A DNA stretch of 47,956 bases from assembly GCA_945870555.1 (NCBI GenBank), contig CAMBSI010000004.1, forward strand, positions 1 to 47,956. The letters run 5' to 3'. Made by a program: the position numbers and the translations under genes. Below are positions 1 to 13,597 of the stretch, one piece after another; position 1 is the stretch's first letter; each line of letters begins with the position of its first letter. The notes beneath the pieces are model-generated. The model searched no databases. It had not been told where the DNA came from and worked only from the letters and a program-made list of their open reading frames with translations. This DNA comes from Staphylococcus epidermidis (GTDB lineage Bacteria > Bacillota_I > Bacilli_A > RFN20 > CAG-826).

Positions 1-1
1 C

Positions 2-115
2 ATGGGTGATGCTGGCAATTGGAGTTTGATTTGGGGGTGGGTATTCTTTGCATCCGGTATCCTCGCCATTCTTGCAAACCACCTTTATCATCACCTTAGA
101 AAGAAGAACAACTAA
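2..115 (+). CDS. 3' end of a membrane protein, probably prolipoprotein diacylglyceryl transferase Lgt (partial, begins before window)
   Basis: Frame 2 reads MGDAGNWSLIWGWVFFASGILAILANHLYHHLRKKNN*, a TM helix plus basic tail, with stop TAA at 113-115 just before the next ATG. Position upstream of ppaX/trxB/rapZ matches the hprK-lgt-ppaX order of Bacilli (synteny inference only). Confidence 0.45.
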   Translation: MGDAGNWSLIWGWVFFASGILAILANHLYHHLRKKNN

Positions 116-116
116 C

Positions 117-752
117 ATGTACAAATTGGTTTTATTTGATTTAGATGGCACGGTTGCTGATACCGAATTGGTGATGGTGCAAACGATGCTTTATTTTATT
201 GATCGATACACCCCAACACGAAAAACCACCTTAAATGAATTAATGAAAGTTTCTGGACCACCGTTATTGGATACGTTAAAAAGTTATTTCCCAAATGAAG
301 ATGCGTCGGCACTCGCGAAATTATTTGCAATCAAAGCAAGAGAATTCTATCCACGTTATGCGGTTGCATTTCCTGGCATTCAAAACCTACTTGACCATTG
401 CAAATCCAAAAAGATTCCCGTTGGCATTGTGACCTCTAAGTTACGCGTGAATGCCCTCTTCACCTTAGAAGTGATTGGACTGAAGGACGCGTTTCCTTTG
501 GTCATCAGTTTAGATGAAGTCAAAAAACCCAAACCAGATCCTGAAGGAATTTTTCTTGCTTTGAAACATTTTAAAATTGCCGCAAAACATACTTTGTTTG
601 TTGGGGATACGATTTATGATTACCACGCTGGAAAACAAGCATTGGTTGATACCGCATTGGTGACATGGGGATTTAAAAAGTTTTCTCAAGACATTCAACC
701 GACAATGTGGCTTGATCATTTTGATCAACTCAAGGAAAAACTCAATGGATAA
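117..752 (+). CDS. HAD-superfamily hydrolase, PpaX/phosphoglycolate phosphatase-like
   Basis: Motifs LFDLDGT, VTSK, KPKPDP and GDTIYD. Start moved to ATG 117 (MYKLVLFD). Confidence 0.85.
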   Translation: MYKLVLFDLDGTVADTELVMVQTMLYFIDRYTPTRKTTLNELMKVSGPPLLDTLKSYFPNEDASALAKLFAIKAREFYPRYAVAFPGIQNLLDHCKSKKIPVGIVTSKLRVNALFTLEVIGLKDAFPLVISLDEVKKPKPDPEGIFLALKHFKIAAKHTLFVGDTIYDYHAGKQALVDTALVTWGFKKFSQDIQPTMWLDHFDQLKEKLNG

Positions 753-1668
753 GGTTATCGACCTTGTTGTCATAGGAGCAGGACCTGCGGGCATGACCGC
801 AGCTTTAGGTGCAAAACAAGCAGGTTATCATGTCGTTTTATTAGAAAAAAGTATGCCAGGCGGAAAGTTAAACACCTATCAAAACTTTGAAAACTTTCCC
901 GGCTATGAACATATTCCTCCTCAAAATTTTGGTTTAAAGCTTTATGAAGAACTTACAAAAATAGGCGTTGAATCAACCTATGGTGACGTAACCCGCGTAG
1001 AAAAGAAGAAAGACCATTTTCTTATTCATCTCGATACAGGAATGATCGAATCTAAAGCAATTATTCTTGCCACCGGAACTAGAGAAAAACCTTTAACGAT
1101 ACCAGGTTCAGAGCGATGGCTCGGGCAAGGGATTAGTTATTGTGCAGCGTGCGATGGTATTTTTTTTAAAAACAAGGATGTCGCGGTGATTGGTCATTCT
1201 CGGCATGCGTTAGAAGAAGCGGTTTACCTTGCAAATTTATGTCATCACGTTTACCTGCTGATGCCAACCAAAGATGGTTCTTCAGGACAAAATCAAGTGG
1301 TCAAACTTAAGCAACTGGATAATGTCACCTTGATTGAACAAGCCACACCTTTAGCTTTGTTAGGGGATGATGTGGTCACTGGCATCCGATATCAAACCTT
1401 AACCCATGGTGAACAGGCATTAATGGTGGATGGAATTTTCCCCATCTTAGGATGGATCCCCAACAGTGAAAGTATTCATGCCTTTAAAACATTAATGGAT
1501 GACCAAGGTTATGTCATCGCAGATGAATCGGGAGTCACGGTCATTCCAGGTTTATTTGTCATTGGTGATTTACAAGCAAAAACAACGAGAAAAGTTAAAA
1601 ATGTGATTGCCCAAGGGCGATTGGTGATCCAACAAGTCAAAGTCTTTTTGGGTGTTCCAAAATCATAA
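745..1668 (+). CDS. trxB: Thioredoxin reductase-like flavoprotein with degenerate NADPH-binding site
   Basis: GAGPAG FAD motif, ENFPG, ATG and redox CAACDG. AAGGA SD before ATG 745. GGGxSA and HRR motifs are replaced. Confidence 0.8.
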   Translation: MDKVIDLVVIGAGPAGMTAALGAKQAGYHVVLLEKSMPGGKLNTYQNFENFPGYEHIPPQNFGLKLYEELTKIGVESTYGDVTRVEKKKDHFLIHLDTGMIESKAIILATGTREKPLTIPGSERWLGQGISYCAACDGIFFKNKDVAVIGHSRHALEEAVYLANLCHHVYLLMPTKDGSSGQNQVVKLKQLDNVTLIEQATPLALLGDDVVTGIRYQTLTHGEQALMVDGIFPILGWIPNSESIHAFKTLMDDQGYVIADESGVTVIPGLFVIGDLQAKTTRKVKNVIAQGRLVIQQVKVFLGVPKS

Positions 1669-1699
1669 AATTTGAAGCATTATCGTTTATAATTAATTT

Positions 1700-2557
1700 A
1701 TGAAAAAAGAAGTCATTATTTTAACCGGTATGTCAGGCGCTGGTAAATCCACCGCCATTTTTGCATTTGAAGAAATGAAGTATCAATGTATGGATAACCC
1801 TCCAGCTGACTTATTTCCCTCTCTGTTTCAACATATTCATCAAGAAATGCAAGCCACCAAAATCGTGGTTAGTGTCAACCTTTATAATGCGAAACGAGCA
1901 ATTGAAGCAGCAAAAAAAGTGCCGGGTTTAACATATAAGGTTGTGTGTTTATTGGCATCCGAAAACGAGTTGGTTTCCCGTTATAAACTCACCAGGCATA
2001 TTCACCCGCTTCAAACCGAAGGATTTACCTTATTACAAGCGATTCAACGCGACCTAGGTTTAACCGAAAGTATTCGCCCAATGGTCGATTGGATCATTGA
2101 TACAACTGGTTTTTCGGTCACCCAATTCCGGCAACAATTGATTGCCACGTTTGGTCAAGCGCAACGCCATTTGACGATTGGATTGGTTTCATTTGGATTC
2201 AAACATGGTTTACCATTAGACGCTGATTTTGTTTTTGATTTACGTGTGTTAACCAATCCATATTACCAACCCGAACTGAAAGCAAAAACAGGTTTAGACC
2301 AACCGGTCATCGACTTTGTTAAAAAACAAGACATGTTTCAATCCTTATTAACCGCTGCCACCCAATATCTACGTGTTGTCATTCCTCAATTAATCAAAGA
2401 AGAAAGACCGTTTTATGAAATTGCGATTGGATGCACTGGTGGAAGGCATCGGTCCGTGGTGTTTGTTCAAGCATTAGCAGAGGCGATCAAAGCATTGTTT
2501 CCAGTTGGCATTTTAACCATTCACCGTGATATCCAAAAGCACAACGACCAAGAATGA
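1700..2557 (+). CDS. rapZ: RNase adapter / P-loop protein RapZ (YvcJ)
   Basis: TGMSGAGKS, SFGFKHG, FDLRVLTNPYY, IGCTGGRHRSV and HRDI motifs. Confidence 0.93.
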   Translation: MKKEVIILTGMSGAGKSTAIFAFEEMKYQCMDNPPADLFPSLFQHIHQEMQATKIVVSVNLYNAKRAIEAAKKVPGLTYKVVCLLASENELVSRYKLTRHIHPLQTEGFTLLQAIQRDLGLTESIRPMVDWIIDTTGFSVTQFRQQLIATFGQAQRHLTIGLVSFGFKHGLPLDADFVFDLRVLTNPYYQPELKAKTGLDQPVIDFVKKQDMFQSLLTAATQYLRVVIPQLIKEERPFYEIAIGCTGGRHRSVVFVQALAEAIKALFPVGILTIHRDIQKHNDQE

Positions 2558-3516
2558 ACGATCAACTCCAATCCTTTACGGCGACGGTTAAAGAAGAACT
2601 GACCACAAAGCCATATGATGCCGATCGACGTTTGGCAATGTTTGCCGGATTTGTAAAAGCAAATGGTCGTTATGTTTTTTCTAAACGCATGCAAAAACTA
2701 ACGTTATCAACGAGTTATGCAAAACTTGCCCAATTTCTTTATCAAGCCAGTAAGTCAATATTAAAAGTCAATCCAAAATTTGAATATCGCCAATCACCAC
2801 GATTTAGTCAACGGCAAACTTATTGGATCATCTTTGAAGATAAGGTCGATGCGATTTTAAAAACCATCCATTTGGATTTTGATTCTTCCCCAGAAGTTTA
2901 CCTAAAACAATTTCGTAGTGTCGATGCGATTGCGGGTTATTTATCCGGGTTATTTCTTGCAAATGGCAGTGTCAATCATCCATCTAGTTCCCATTACCAT
3001 CTTGAACTCAGTAGCGATGATGAAGACTTTCTCACCGAAATTCAACGGTTGTTAAAGCAAGTGAAGTCCTTACGCTTCTCCTTTAAATTACTTCCGCGAA
3101 AAGGTAAATACATTCTCTATCTAAAAAAATCTGATCAAATTGCGGACTTTCTAATTTTTATGGGGGCAACCGAGTCGACACTCGAATATGAAAATATTCG
3201 CGTGGCGAGGGATTTTTCTAATTCGGAAAACCGCTTGCAAATATGTGAGAATGCCAACATGGCAAAAACGATTGCAGCTGCAAAAAAACAAAAGGAAGCG
3301 ATTCAATTAATCGATCGGATTGTCGGAATCGATAAGTTGAACCATCCTCGCTTGGAAAAATTGTCTCGCCTGCGAATGAAATTTGATTCGAGTTCGTTAG
3401 AAGAACTATCCAAAATGATGAGTGATCATTTTCTAAAACCGATTAGTAAAAGTCAACTCAACCATCACTTCCGTACCATCCTTGCCCTTGCTCATAAATT
3501 GAAGGGAACCCCATGA
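2554..3516 (+). CDS. whiA: DNA-binding protein WhiA
   Basis: SFTATVKEEL, YLSGLFLANGSV-P---YHLE, YLKKSDQIADFL and NRL--CENAN-KTI motifs. ATGA overlap with rapZ. Confidence 0.92.
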   Translation: MNDQLQSFTATVKEELTTKPYDADRRLAMFAGFVKANGRYVFSKRMQKLTLSTSYAKLAQFLYQASKSILKVNPKFEYRQSPRFSQRQTYWIIFEDKVDAILKTIHLDFDSSPEVYLKQFRSVDAIAGYLSGLFLANGSVNHPSSSHYHLELSSDDEDFLTEIQRLLKQVKSLRFSFKLLPRKGKYILYLKKSDQIADFLIFMGATESTLEYENIRVARDFSNSENRLQICENANMAKTIAAAKKQKEAIQLIDRIVGIDKLNHPRLEKLSRLRMKFDSSSLEELSKMMSDHFLKPISKSQLNHHFRTILALAHKLKGTP

Positions 3517-3734
3517 CCTTACTGACTCAATTAGGAAAACGGATTGTCTATTTAAGAACAGAAAAAGGCTGGTCTCAATTAGACCTTGCAATCGAAAGTC
3601 AAATCAACCGAAACTATTTGTCAGATTTAGAAAGAGGTCAACGCAATCCCTCCTTAAAAATCCTTTCAAAAATTGCCGACGCGCTCGGTATTGATTTAAC
3701 CACTTTGTTTAAAGGAATTAAGCGTTTCGAATAA
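3513..3734 (+). CDS. Small XRE/Cro-C1 helix-turn-helix regulator (C-protein-like)
   Basis: LR--KGWSQ--LA----INRNYLSDLERGQRNPSL--L-KIADAL pattern. ATGA overlap with whiA. Confidence 0.85.
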   Translation: MTLLTQLGKRIVYLRTEKGWSQLDLAIESQINRNYLSDLERGQRNPSLKILSKIADALGIDLTTLFKGIKRFE

Positions 3735-3809
3735 ACCTTCTTACTACTTTAATCTTTCCCAGCTTTCCTATATAATAATTTTGGTAAAAAAACCAGGAGG
3801 CCTTAACAG

Positions 3810-4850
3810 ATGGCAATCAAAGTTGCAATTAATGGATTTGGACGCATTGGTCGTCTATCCTTCCGTAGAATCGTTGAAGTTGGAGGCATTGATGTTGTCG
3901 CGATCAATGACTTGACGGACGCTAAAACACTCACCTACTTATTAAAGTACGACACCACACATGGCCGTTTCACGGGTGGTTCACTTGAAACCTCTGCTGA
4001 TGGAAAAGCGATTATTTTTAATGGTCGTTCCATCCCAGTCTTGGGTCAAGCCGATCCTAACTTGATTAAATGGACAGACTTTGGTGCTGATATCGTCTTA
4101 GAATGCACCGGTCGTTTTAAAGGGATTGAAGATGCCAGAGTTCACATCACCGCAGGTGGCGCAAAAGGTGTTGTCATTTCTGCACCAGCAGATGATAAAA
4201 CTCCAACTTACGTCTTCGGTGTTAACGATGACAAATTAACCAAAGCCATGCAAGTCATTTCCGGTGCGAGCTGCACCACCAACTGCTTAGCACCTTTAAT
4301 CAAAGTGTTAAATGACGCTTATACCATCGACACGGGTTTCATGACCACTGTTCACGCCTATACCAATGACCAAACCACATTGGACTTAGTAAAAAAAGGT
4401 GACAATCGTCGTGGCCGCGCAGCCGCAGCCAACATCGTTCCTTCCTCAACAGGCGCAGCAAAAGCGTTGCACTTAGTAATCCCAGAAGTGAAAGGTCGTT
4501 TAAATGGTGGAGCTTTCCGTGTTCCCGTGATTGATGGTTCTTTAGTTGACTTAACCGTCACCTTAAAGAAACCAGTTAAAGATGAAGCAGAAGTGAATGC
4601 CCTTTTCAAAGCTGCAGCAAACGGTAAATTAAAGAATGTCTTGGAATACACCGAAGATGAAATCGTCAGTTCCGACATTATTGGTTCAACCGCTGGTTCA
4701 ATTTTTGATGCAACTCAAACCAAATTACTTGTCAACGCAGAAGGCAAACAACTCTTAAAGATTGTCTCCTGGTATGACAATGAATACTCTTACACCTCGC
4801 AATATATTCGCTTAGTGAAGCAATATGCGACGGTGCTTGGTTTAAAGTAA
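3810..4850 (+). CDS. gap: Type I glyceraldehyde-3-phosphate dehydrogenase
   Basis: [19 protein letters not shown] and WYDNE. AGGAGG SD and an upstream TATAAT at 3771-3776. Confidence 0.98.
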   Translation: MAIKVAINGFGRIGRLSFRRIVEVGGIDVVAINDLTDAKTLTYLLKYDTTHGRFTGGSLETSADGKAIIFNGRSIPVLGQADPNLIKWTDFGADIVLECTGRFKGIEDARVHITAGGAKGVVISAPADDKTPTYVFGVNDDKLTKAMQVISGASCTTNCLAPLIKVLNDAYTIDTGFMTTVHAYTNDQTTLDLVKKGDNRRGRAAAANIVPSSTGAAKALHLVIPEVKGRLNGGAFRVPVIDGSLVDLTVTLKKPVKDEAEVNALFKAAANGKLKNVLEYTEDEIVSSDIIGSTAGSIFDATQTKLLVNAEGKQLLKIVSWYDNEYSYTSQYIRLVKQYATVLGLK

Positions 4851-4865
4851 AAACAAAAGCAATGG

Positions 4866-4893
4866 AACACTCACGCATGTCGTGAGTGTTTTC
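4866..4893 (+). terminator. Intergenic hairpin between gap and pgk (weak terminator or mRNA stabiliser)
   Basis: Perfect 10-bp stem AACACTCACG-catgt-CGTGAGTGTT followed by only a short T run. Confidence 0.55.
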
Positions 4894-4911
4894 ATTAGAA
4901 TAGGAATTACC

Positions 4912-6126
4912 ATGAAAAATTTAGCAAGTTTACCCCAACTAAAAGGGAAAAAAGTGATCGTTCGTGTTGACTTTAACGTTCCATTAAAAGATGGTGCGAT
5001 TCGTGATGATAACCGCATCGTTGCGGCATTACCAACGATTCAAGCCTTGCTTGCCAAAGGGGCGCGCTTAATCCTTTTATCCCACCTTGGTAAAGTCACC
5101 CACAAGGACCCAAGCAAAGTTGATGCAGAAAAAAAGAAAAATAATTTACAAGTCGTATCTGTCCGATTGAGTGAACTTCTTAAACAACCTGTATTATTCT
5201 CTGCTCAAACCAGTGGTCCTGCGTTGACACAAATGGTGAACCAATTAAAAGATGGTCAAGTGTTGTTGGTTCAAAATACCCGCTATGAAGTGGGCGAAGA
5301 AAAAAATGATCCAGCCTTGGCGCAAGCTTGGGCATCATTCGCAGATGCATTTGTGATGGATGCATTTGGTAGTGCTCACCGTGCGCATGCTTCAACCTAT
5401 GGCATTCCAGAATTATTAAAGAAGCAAGGTAAACCCGTCGCGATTGGATATTTAGTTGAAAAAGAAGTTCAAGCTTTAGCCAAAGTGGTTCAAGTTGGCC
5501 CATCACAACGTCCATACGTTGCGATCATGGGTGGTTTAAAAGTCTCGGACAAAATCAAAGTGATTGATGAATTACTTGCCAAATGTGATTACGTATTGAT
5601 TGGTGGAGCAATGGCGTACACCTTCTTAAAAGCTCAAGGAAAATCAGTAGGAACATCACCATTTGAAGCAGATCAACTTGATTATGCGCGTGCAGTCATG
5701 GCGAAAGCAAAAAGCAAATTAATGATTGCAGAAGATTTTATCGTCACGGATAGTTTTGATAATCCAACCAAGTTTGAAACCCATGAAGGACAAATTCGTG
5801 GTGAACTGATGGGGATGGATATCGGACCAAAAACGATTGCCAAATTTAATCAAATCATTCTCAAAGCAAAAACGTTATTTTGGAATGGACCGATGGGTGT
5901 TTTTGAAAAACCTCAATTTACAAAAGGGACCGAAGCCATTTGCAAATCGGTGAGAACATTAGGTAAGCAAGCGTTTACGGTGTGTGGTGGTGGTGATTCT
6001 GCAGCTGCAGTTGCCCAATTTGGATACATGCAAGATTTCTCACACGTGTCAACCGGTGGGGGTGCGTCCTTAGAAATGATAGAAAATGCCGGTCATTTAC
6101 CTGGCATCGATGTCATTTTAGGTTAA
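4912..6126 (+). CDS. pgk: Phosphoglycerate kinase
   Basis: [35 protein letters not shown] and STGGGASLE. Start ATG 4912 after AGGA. Confidence 0.98.
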   Translation: MKNLASLPQLKGKKVIVRVDFNVPLKDGAIRDDNRIVAALPTIQALLAKGARLILLSHLGKVTHKDPSKVDAEKKKNNLQVVSVRLSELLKQPVLFSAQTSGPALTQMVNQLKDGQVLLVQNTRYEVGEEKNDPALAQAWASFADAFVMDAFGSAHRAHASTYGIPELLKKQGKPVAIGYLVEKEVQALAKVVQVGPSQRPYVAIMGGLKVSDKIKVIDELLAKCDYVLIGGAMAYTFLKAQGKSVGTSPFEADQLDYARAVMAKAKSKLMIAEDFIVTDSFDNPTKFETHEGQIRGELMGMDIGPKTIAKFNQIILKAKTLFWNGPMGVFEKPQFTKGTEAICKSVRTLGKQAFTVCGGGDSAAAVAQFGYMQDFSHVSTGGGASLEMIENAGHLPGIDVILG

Positions 6127-6130
6127 GGCG

Positions 6131-6889
6131 ATGAGAAAAAAAATCTTACTCGGAAACTGGAAGATGAATTTGACGATTGCGGAAGCAACGCGATTTGCCC
6201 AAGCATCGATTCCTTTGGTTGCGAAAGCCAAACAAGCGAATGTTCTACTTGGCGTTGCCCCAACCTATTTATCTTTAGCAACCGTGAAAAAAATAAATCC
6301 AGGATTAATCGTGAGTGCGCAAAATGTTTATTTTGAAAATCAAGGTGCATTCACTGGAGAAATTAGTGTTCCCATGCTCAAAGAAATCGGTATTGATTGG
6401 ACATTGATTGGTCACTCTGAACGTCGAAGTTATTTTGGGGAAACCAATTTAATGTGCAATAAAAAAATGATCAAAGCGATTACAGACGGCATGACCGTTG
6501 TTTATTGTATTGGTGAATCCAGTGATGATTATGATCATGGTCGAACCAAAGCGGTGATTCGTGATCAATTGTTAATTGGGTTAGCAGGCTTAACCAATGA
6601 GCATTTGAAACATGTGGTCTTGGCATACGAACCGGTGTGGAGTATTGGCACTGGAAAAAATGCAAGTAAAGAACATGCCCAAGATATTGCTTTATATATT
6701 CGTGAAAGAATTGAAGAAATGTTTGATGTGGTGACTGCCGAAGCTATCCAAATTTTATATGGTGGCAGCGTCAAACCAAATAACATCAAAGACTATTTAA
6801 CGCAACCGGATGTGGATGGTGCCCTTGTAGGTGGTGCTTCTCTCAAAGTGGAATCCTTTGAAGAGTTGCTTACCAATATGCTTGGTTAA
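6131..6889 (+). CDS. tpiA: Triosephosphate isomerase
   Basis: GNWKMN, GHSERR, AYEPVWSIGTG, YGGSV and GALVGGASL. Confidence 0.98.
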   Translation: MRKKILLGNWKMNLTIAEATRFAQASIPLVAKAKQANVLLGVAPTYLSLATVKKINPGLIVSAQNVYFENQGAFTGEISVPMLKEIGIDWTLIGHSERRSYFGETNLMCNKKMIKAITDGMTVVYCIGESSDDYDHGRTKAVIRDQLLIGLAGLTNEHLKHVVLAYEPVWSIGTGKNASKEHAQDIALYIRERIEEMFDVVTAEAIQILYGGSVKPNNIKDYLTQPDVDGALVGGASLKVESFEELLTNMLG

Positions 6890-6957
6890 TTTTCAATCAT
6901 CTTGCTTTACCTTTGATGTAGATTTGCTATTGTTAAATTAAATTTAGGAGAAACATC

Positions 6958-7656
6958 ATGGAAAGACCTTATCAATCTTATGCTTCGGAATCGACGACCA
7001 CTTCACCGTTGGTGAAAGTTTTTACGTGGATGGCGATTGCCTTAGGTGTCACTGCCTTGATGGCGTTGCTTGTTTATCTTGGTGTGATGGGAAATCTCAT
7101 CACCCCAGAAATCTATAATGGCCTCATGATTGGCAGCGCAATCACGCTGTTTGTCAGTTATTTATGGTTTGTCTTTGGTGGGTTAAGAAGAGGGATTGGT
7201 AATCCCACGATTCCTTTCTTTTTATATGCTTCTTCAATGGGTGTGGCCTTATCAAGCCTTGGATTTATTTATGATGTTGAATTAATCTGGACCGCTTTTG
7301 GCGTGTCTTCACTCGTCTTTGGATTGTTTGCATTTTACGGTGCAACCACAAAAACCAGTTTATTAGGCATGGGTCAATTTGCAATCGTTGCGATGTTTGG
7401 ACTCATTATTTTAAGTGTTATCAATATATTTGTTTCAAGCATTCCCATGGATTGGTTTATCTCGTTTGGTATTTTCGGAGTGGTTTTATTGATGGTTGCT
7501 TACCAAGTTTGGTATGTCAAACAAATCACGAGCGCCGGAGAAGTCACACGCGCTCAAGCGATGTATTTAGCATTTAGTTTATACATTTCCTTTATCAATA
7601 TTTTCTTACGAATTCTTTATTACTTGGCATTATCACGAAAAGGTGGTCGTCGCTAA
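6958..7656 (+). CDS. Bax inhibitor-1/YccA (YetJ/YbhL-like) membrane protein
   Basis: About 7 hydrophobic segments, N-terminal KVFTWMAIAL and C-terminal A--LY-SFINIFL. AGGAG SD. Confidence 0.85.
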   Translation: MERPYQSYASESTTTSPLVKVFTWMAIALGVTALMALLVYLGVMGNLITPEIYNGLMIGSAITLFVSYLWFVFGGLRRGIGNPTIPFFLYASSMGVALSSLGFIYDVELIWTAFGVSSLVFGLFAFYGATTKTSLLGMGQFAIVAMFGLIILSVINIFVSSIPMDWFISFGIFGVVLLMVAYQVWYVKQITSAGEVTRAQAMYLAFSLYISFINIFLRILYYLALSRKGGRR

Positions 7657-7675
7657 ATCATCCTCAGTTTAAATG

Positions 7676-7706
7676 AAAACCCAAGATGCGACATCTTGGG
7701 TTTTTT
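7676..7706 (+). terminator. Intrinsic terminator after the BI-1 gene
   Basis: AAAACCCAAGATG-cga-CATCTTGGGTTTTTT. Confidence 0.85.
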
Positions 7707-7924
7707 AATTTGAAAAATAGTTTAAACATATGAAAGTCTTTGGTCCAAATATGCATGAAGATGATTGAAATCCAAGATAGCTTTAAATCACACTGATCAG
7801 AGAAGAATAATTAAGTGTCTAGGTTTTAAGCAAAAAGGTATTGGTTTAACCCATAAATAGATCATCAAATTCTCATTTTAATATACGATAAAATCGATTC
7901 TTTTCTTTATTTTACGATTTATCC

Positions 7925-7953
7925 TTGCAAAAGGTTTTGTGATATGGTTTAAT
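7925..7953 (+). promoter_or_regulatory. rrn promoter P1 (sigma-A type)
   Basis: TTGCAA-17 nt-TTTAAT with TG extension and AT-rich upstream tract. Confidence 0.65.
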
Positions 7954-8049
7954 CTTACTTGCGCCTACTTAAAACCTAGGTCGTTGAAGGCCGCCAAGAT
8001 CTTTGAAAAAGACCTGAACAATAGTAAGAAATCTTTTCTTAACTTATTC

Positions 8050-8078
8050 TTGACTTTGATAAATCGTATTGGTATCCT
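8050..8078 (+). promoter_or_regulatory. rrn promoter P2
   Basis: TTGACT-17 nt-TATCCT with TG extension. Confidence 0.65.
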
Positions 8079-8133
8079 TGTAAGGCACACGTCAAAAGAG
8101 GAGACTCTTTTTTGCGAGAGCAAACGTGGGGCA

Positions 8134-8155
8134 CTGATCTTTGAAAACTAAGCAA
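8134..8155 (+). promoter_or_regulatory. rrn leader boxA / 16S processing-stem strand
   Basis: CTGATCTTTGAAAACTAAGCAA is largely complementary to TTGCTTAGTTTTGAGAGATCAG at 9871-9892. Confidence 0.8.
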
Positions 8156-8236
8156 AACAAGACAAACAATAACGTCAATTTTTCTTTATACAAGAACAAA
8201 CCAGATAATTTAAAACATGAACTAGATCAAATTTTT

Positions 8237-9761
<1,525 letters not shown>

Positions 9762-9909
9762 AAGGAGAAAACAGATACGGTTAAAAACAACCGTTCGTAC
9801 AACAATTATATTTTTAAACTCAACTAGACTCGTTTTTATCTGGTTGGTTGACGTGACGGTTTATCTTGGATTGCTTAGTTTTGAGAGATCAGAGATGATT
9901 CTCAACTCG

Positions 9910-9928
9910 GTTCTTTGAAAACTAGATA
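9910..9928 (+). promoter_or_regulatory. Spacer boxA / 23S processing-stem strand
   Basis: GTTCTTTGAAAACTAGATA pairs with TATCTAGTTTTCAGGGAAT at about 13012-13030. Confidence 0.75.
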
Positions 9929-10030
9929 TTTATGTAAATAACATGTTCTTTCTGTGATGTCGCGATTTCTTTATGAGATTGCGGCGAGACAAAAATTTAT
10001 TTTTGAAACAAGCCTTTAAAAACTTTTACG

Positions 10031-12938
<2,908 letters not shown>

Positions 12939-13047
12939 TTAAAGTTTTTTTATAAAAAATGAGTCAAGTAAAAGTATATACAAAGGTCATAGAAGAACAT
13001 CAAAACATAAGTATCTAGTTTTCAGGGAATCTCCCTGAAAGAAAAAA

Positions 13048-13157
13048 GTCTGGTGACGATGGCACGGTGGTCACACCTGTTCCCATCTCGAACACAGAAG
13101 TTAAGCACCGTCACGGTGAAGGTAGGTCGCAAGGCCGAGAATAGCAAGTTGCCGGGC
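13048..13157 (+). rRNA. rrf: 5S rRNA (short, ~110 nt)
   Basis: CACACCTGTTCCCATCTCGAACACAGAAGTTAAG core. Terminal helix GTCTGGTGAC/GTTGCCGGGC followed directly by a T run. Confidence 0.95.
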
Positions 13158-13232
13158 TTTTTTCTTTTATAGACGCTTTTTTCTTGAAATTTCCCTTAGA
13201 TATAGTATCCTAAACTTACAAGAAAAATTCAG

Positions 13233-13589
13233 ATGAGCATTGCAAAAAAAACCCCATTGGGACAAATCAATATCTCTTTAGACGCAATCGCTCAAGTTGC
13301 TGCTTCTGCTGCGCTTTCTTCATATGGTGTGATTGGGATTGCCGAAAAGACATTATTAAGAGAACCCTCAACCAAACCATTGTCTGCTAAAGATCACAAC
13401 AAAGGCGTCTTCATCAAGCATCGTCAAGACGCTTTTGTTGTGGACTTGTATCTCATCTGTGCATATGGCGTCAAGATGACAGAGACAATTACGGAAGTCC
13501 AGAAAAAAGTAAAATATGATTTGGAAAAGAAATTTAATGTCCGCTTTTCTGCGGTCAATGTTTTTATCCAATCGATCAAAACCAAATAG
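13233..13589 (+). CDS. Asp23/Gls24 family protein (YloU-like)
   Basis: T-LG-I-IS--AIA-VA--AA---YGV-G and YGVK--E---VQ-KVKY-LE...VNVF. Lies directly upstream of the DAK2 gene. Confidence 0.9.
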   Translation: MSIAKKTPLGQINISLDAIAQVAASAALSSYGVIGIAEKTLLREPSTKPLSAKDHNKGVFIKHRQDAFVVDLYLICAYGVKMTETITEVQKKVKYDLEKKFNVRFSAVNVFIQSIKTK

Positions 13590-13597
13590 GAGAGTTT

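Noticed and set aside
9925-9940. TTATGTAAAT in the rRNA spacer as a dif XerD arm
   Set aside because: It lies against the boxA/23S processing stem and has no matching left arm.
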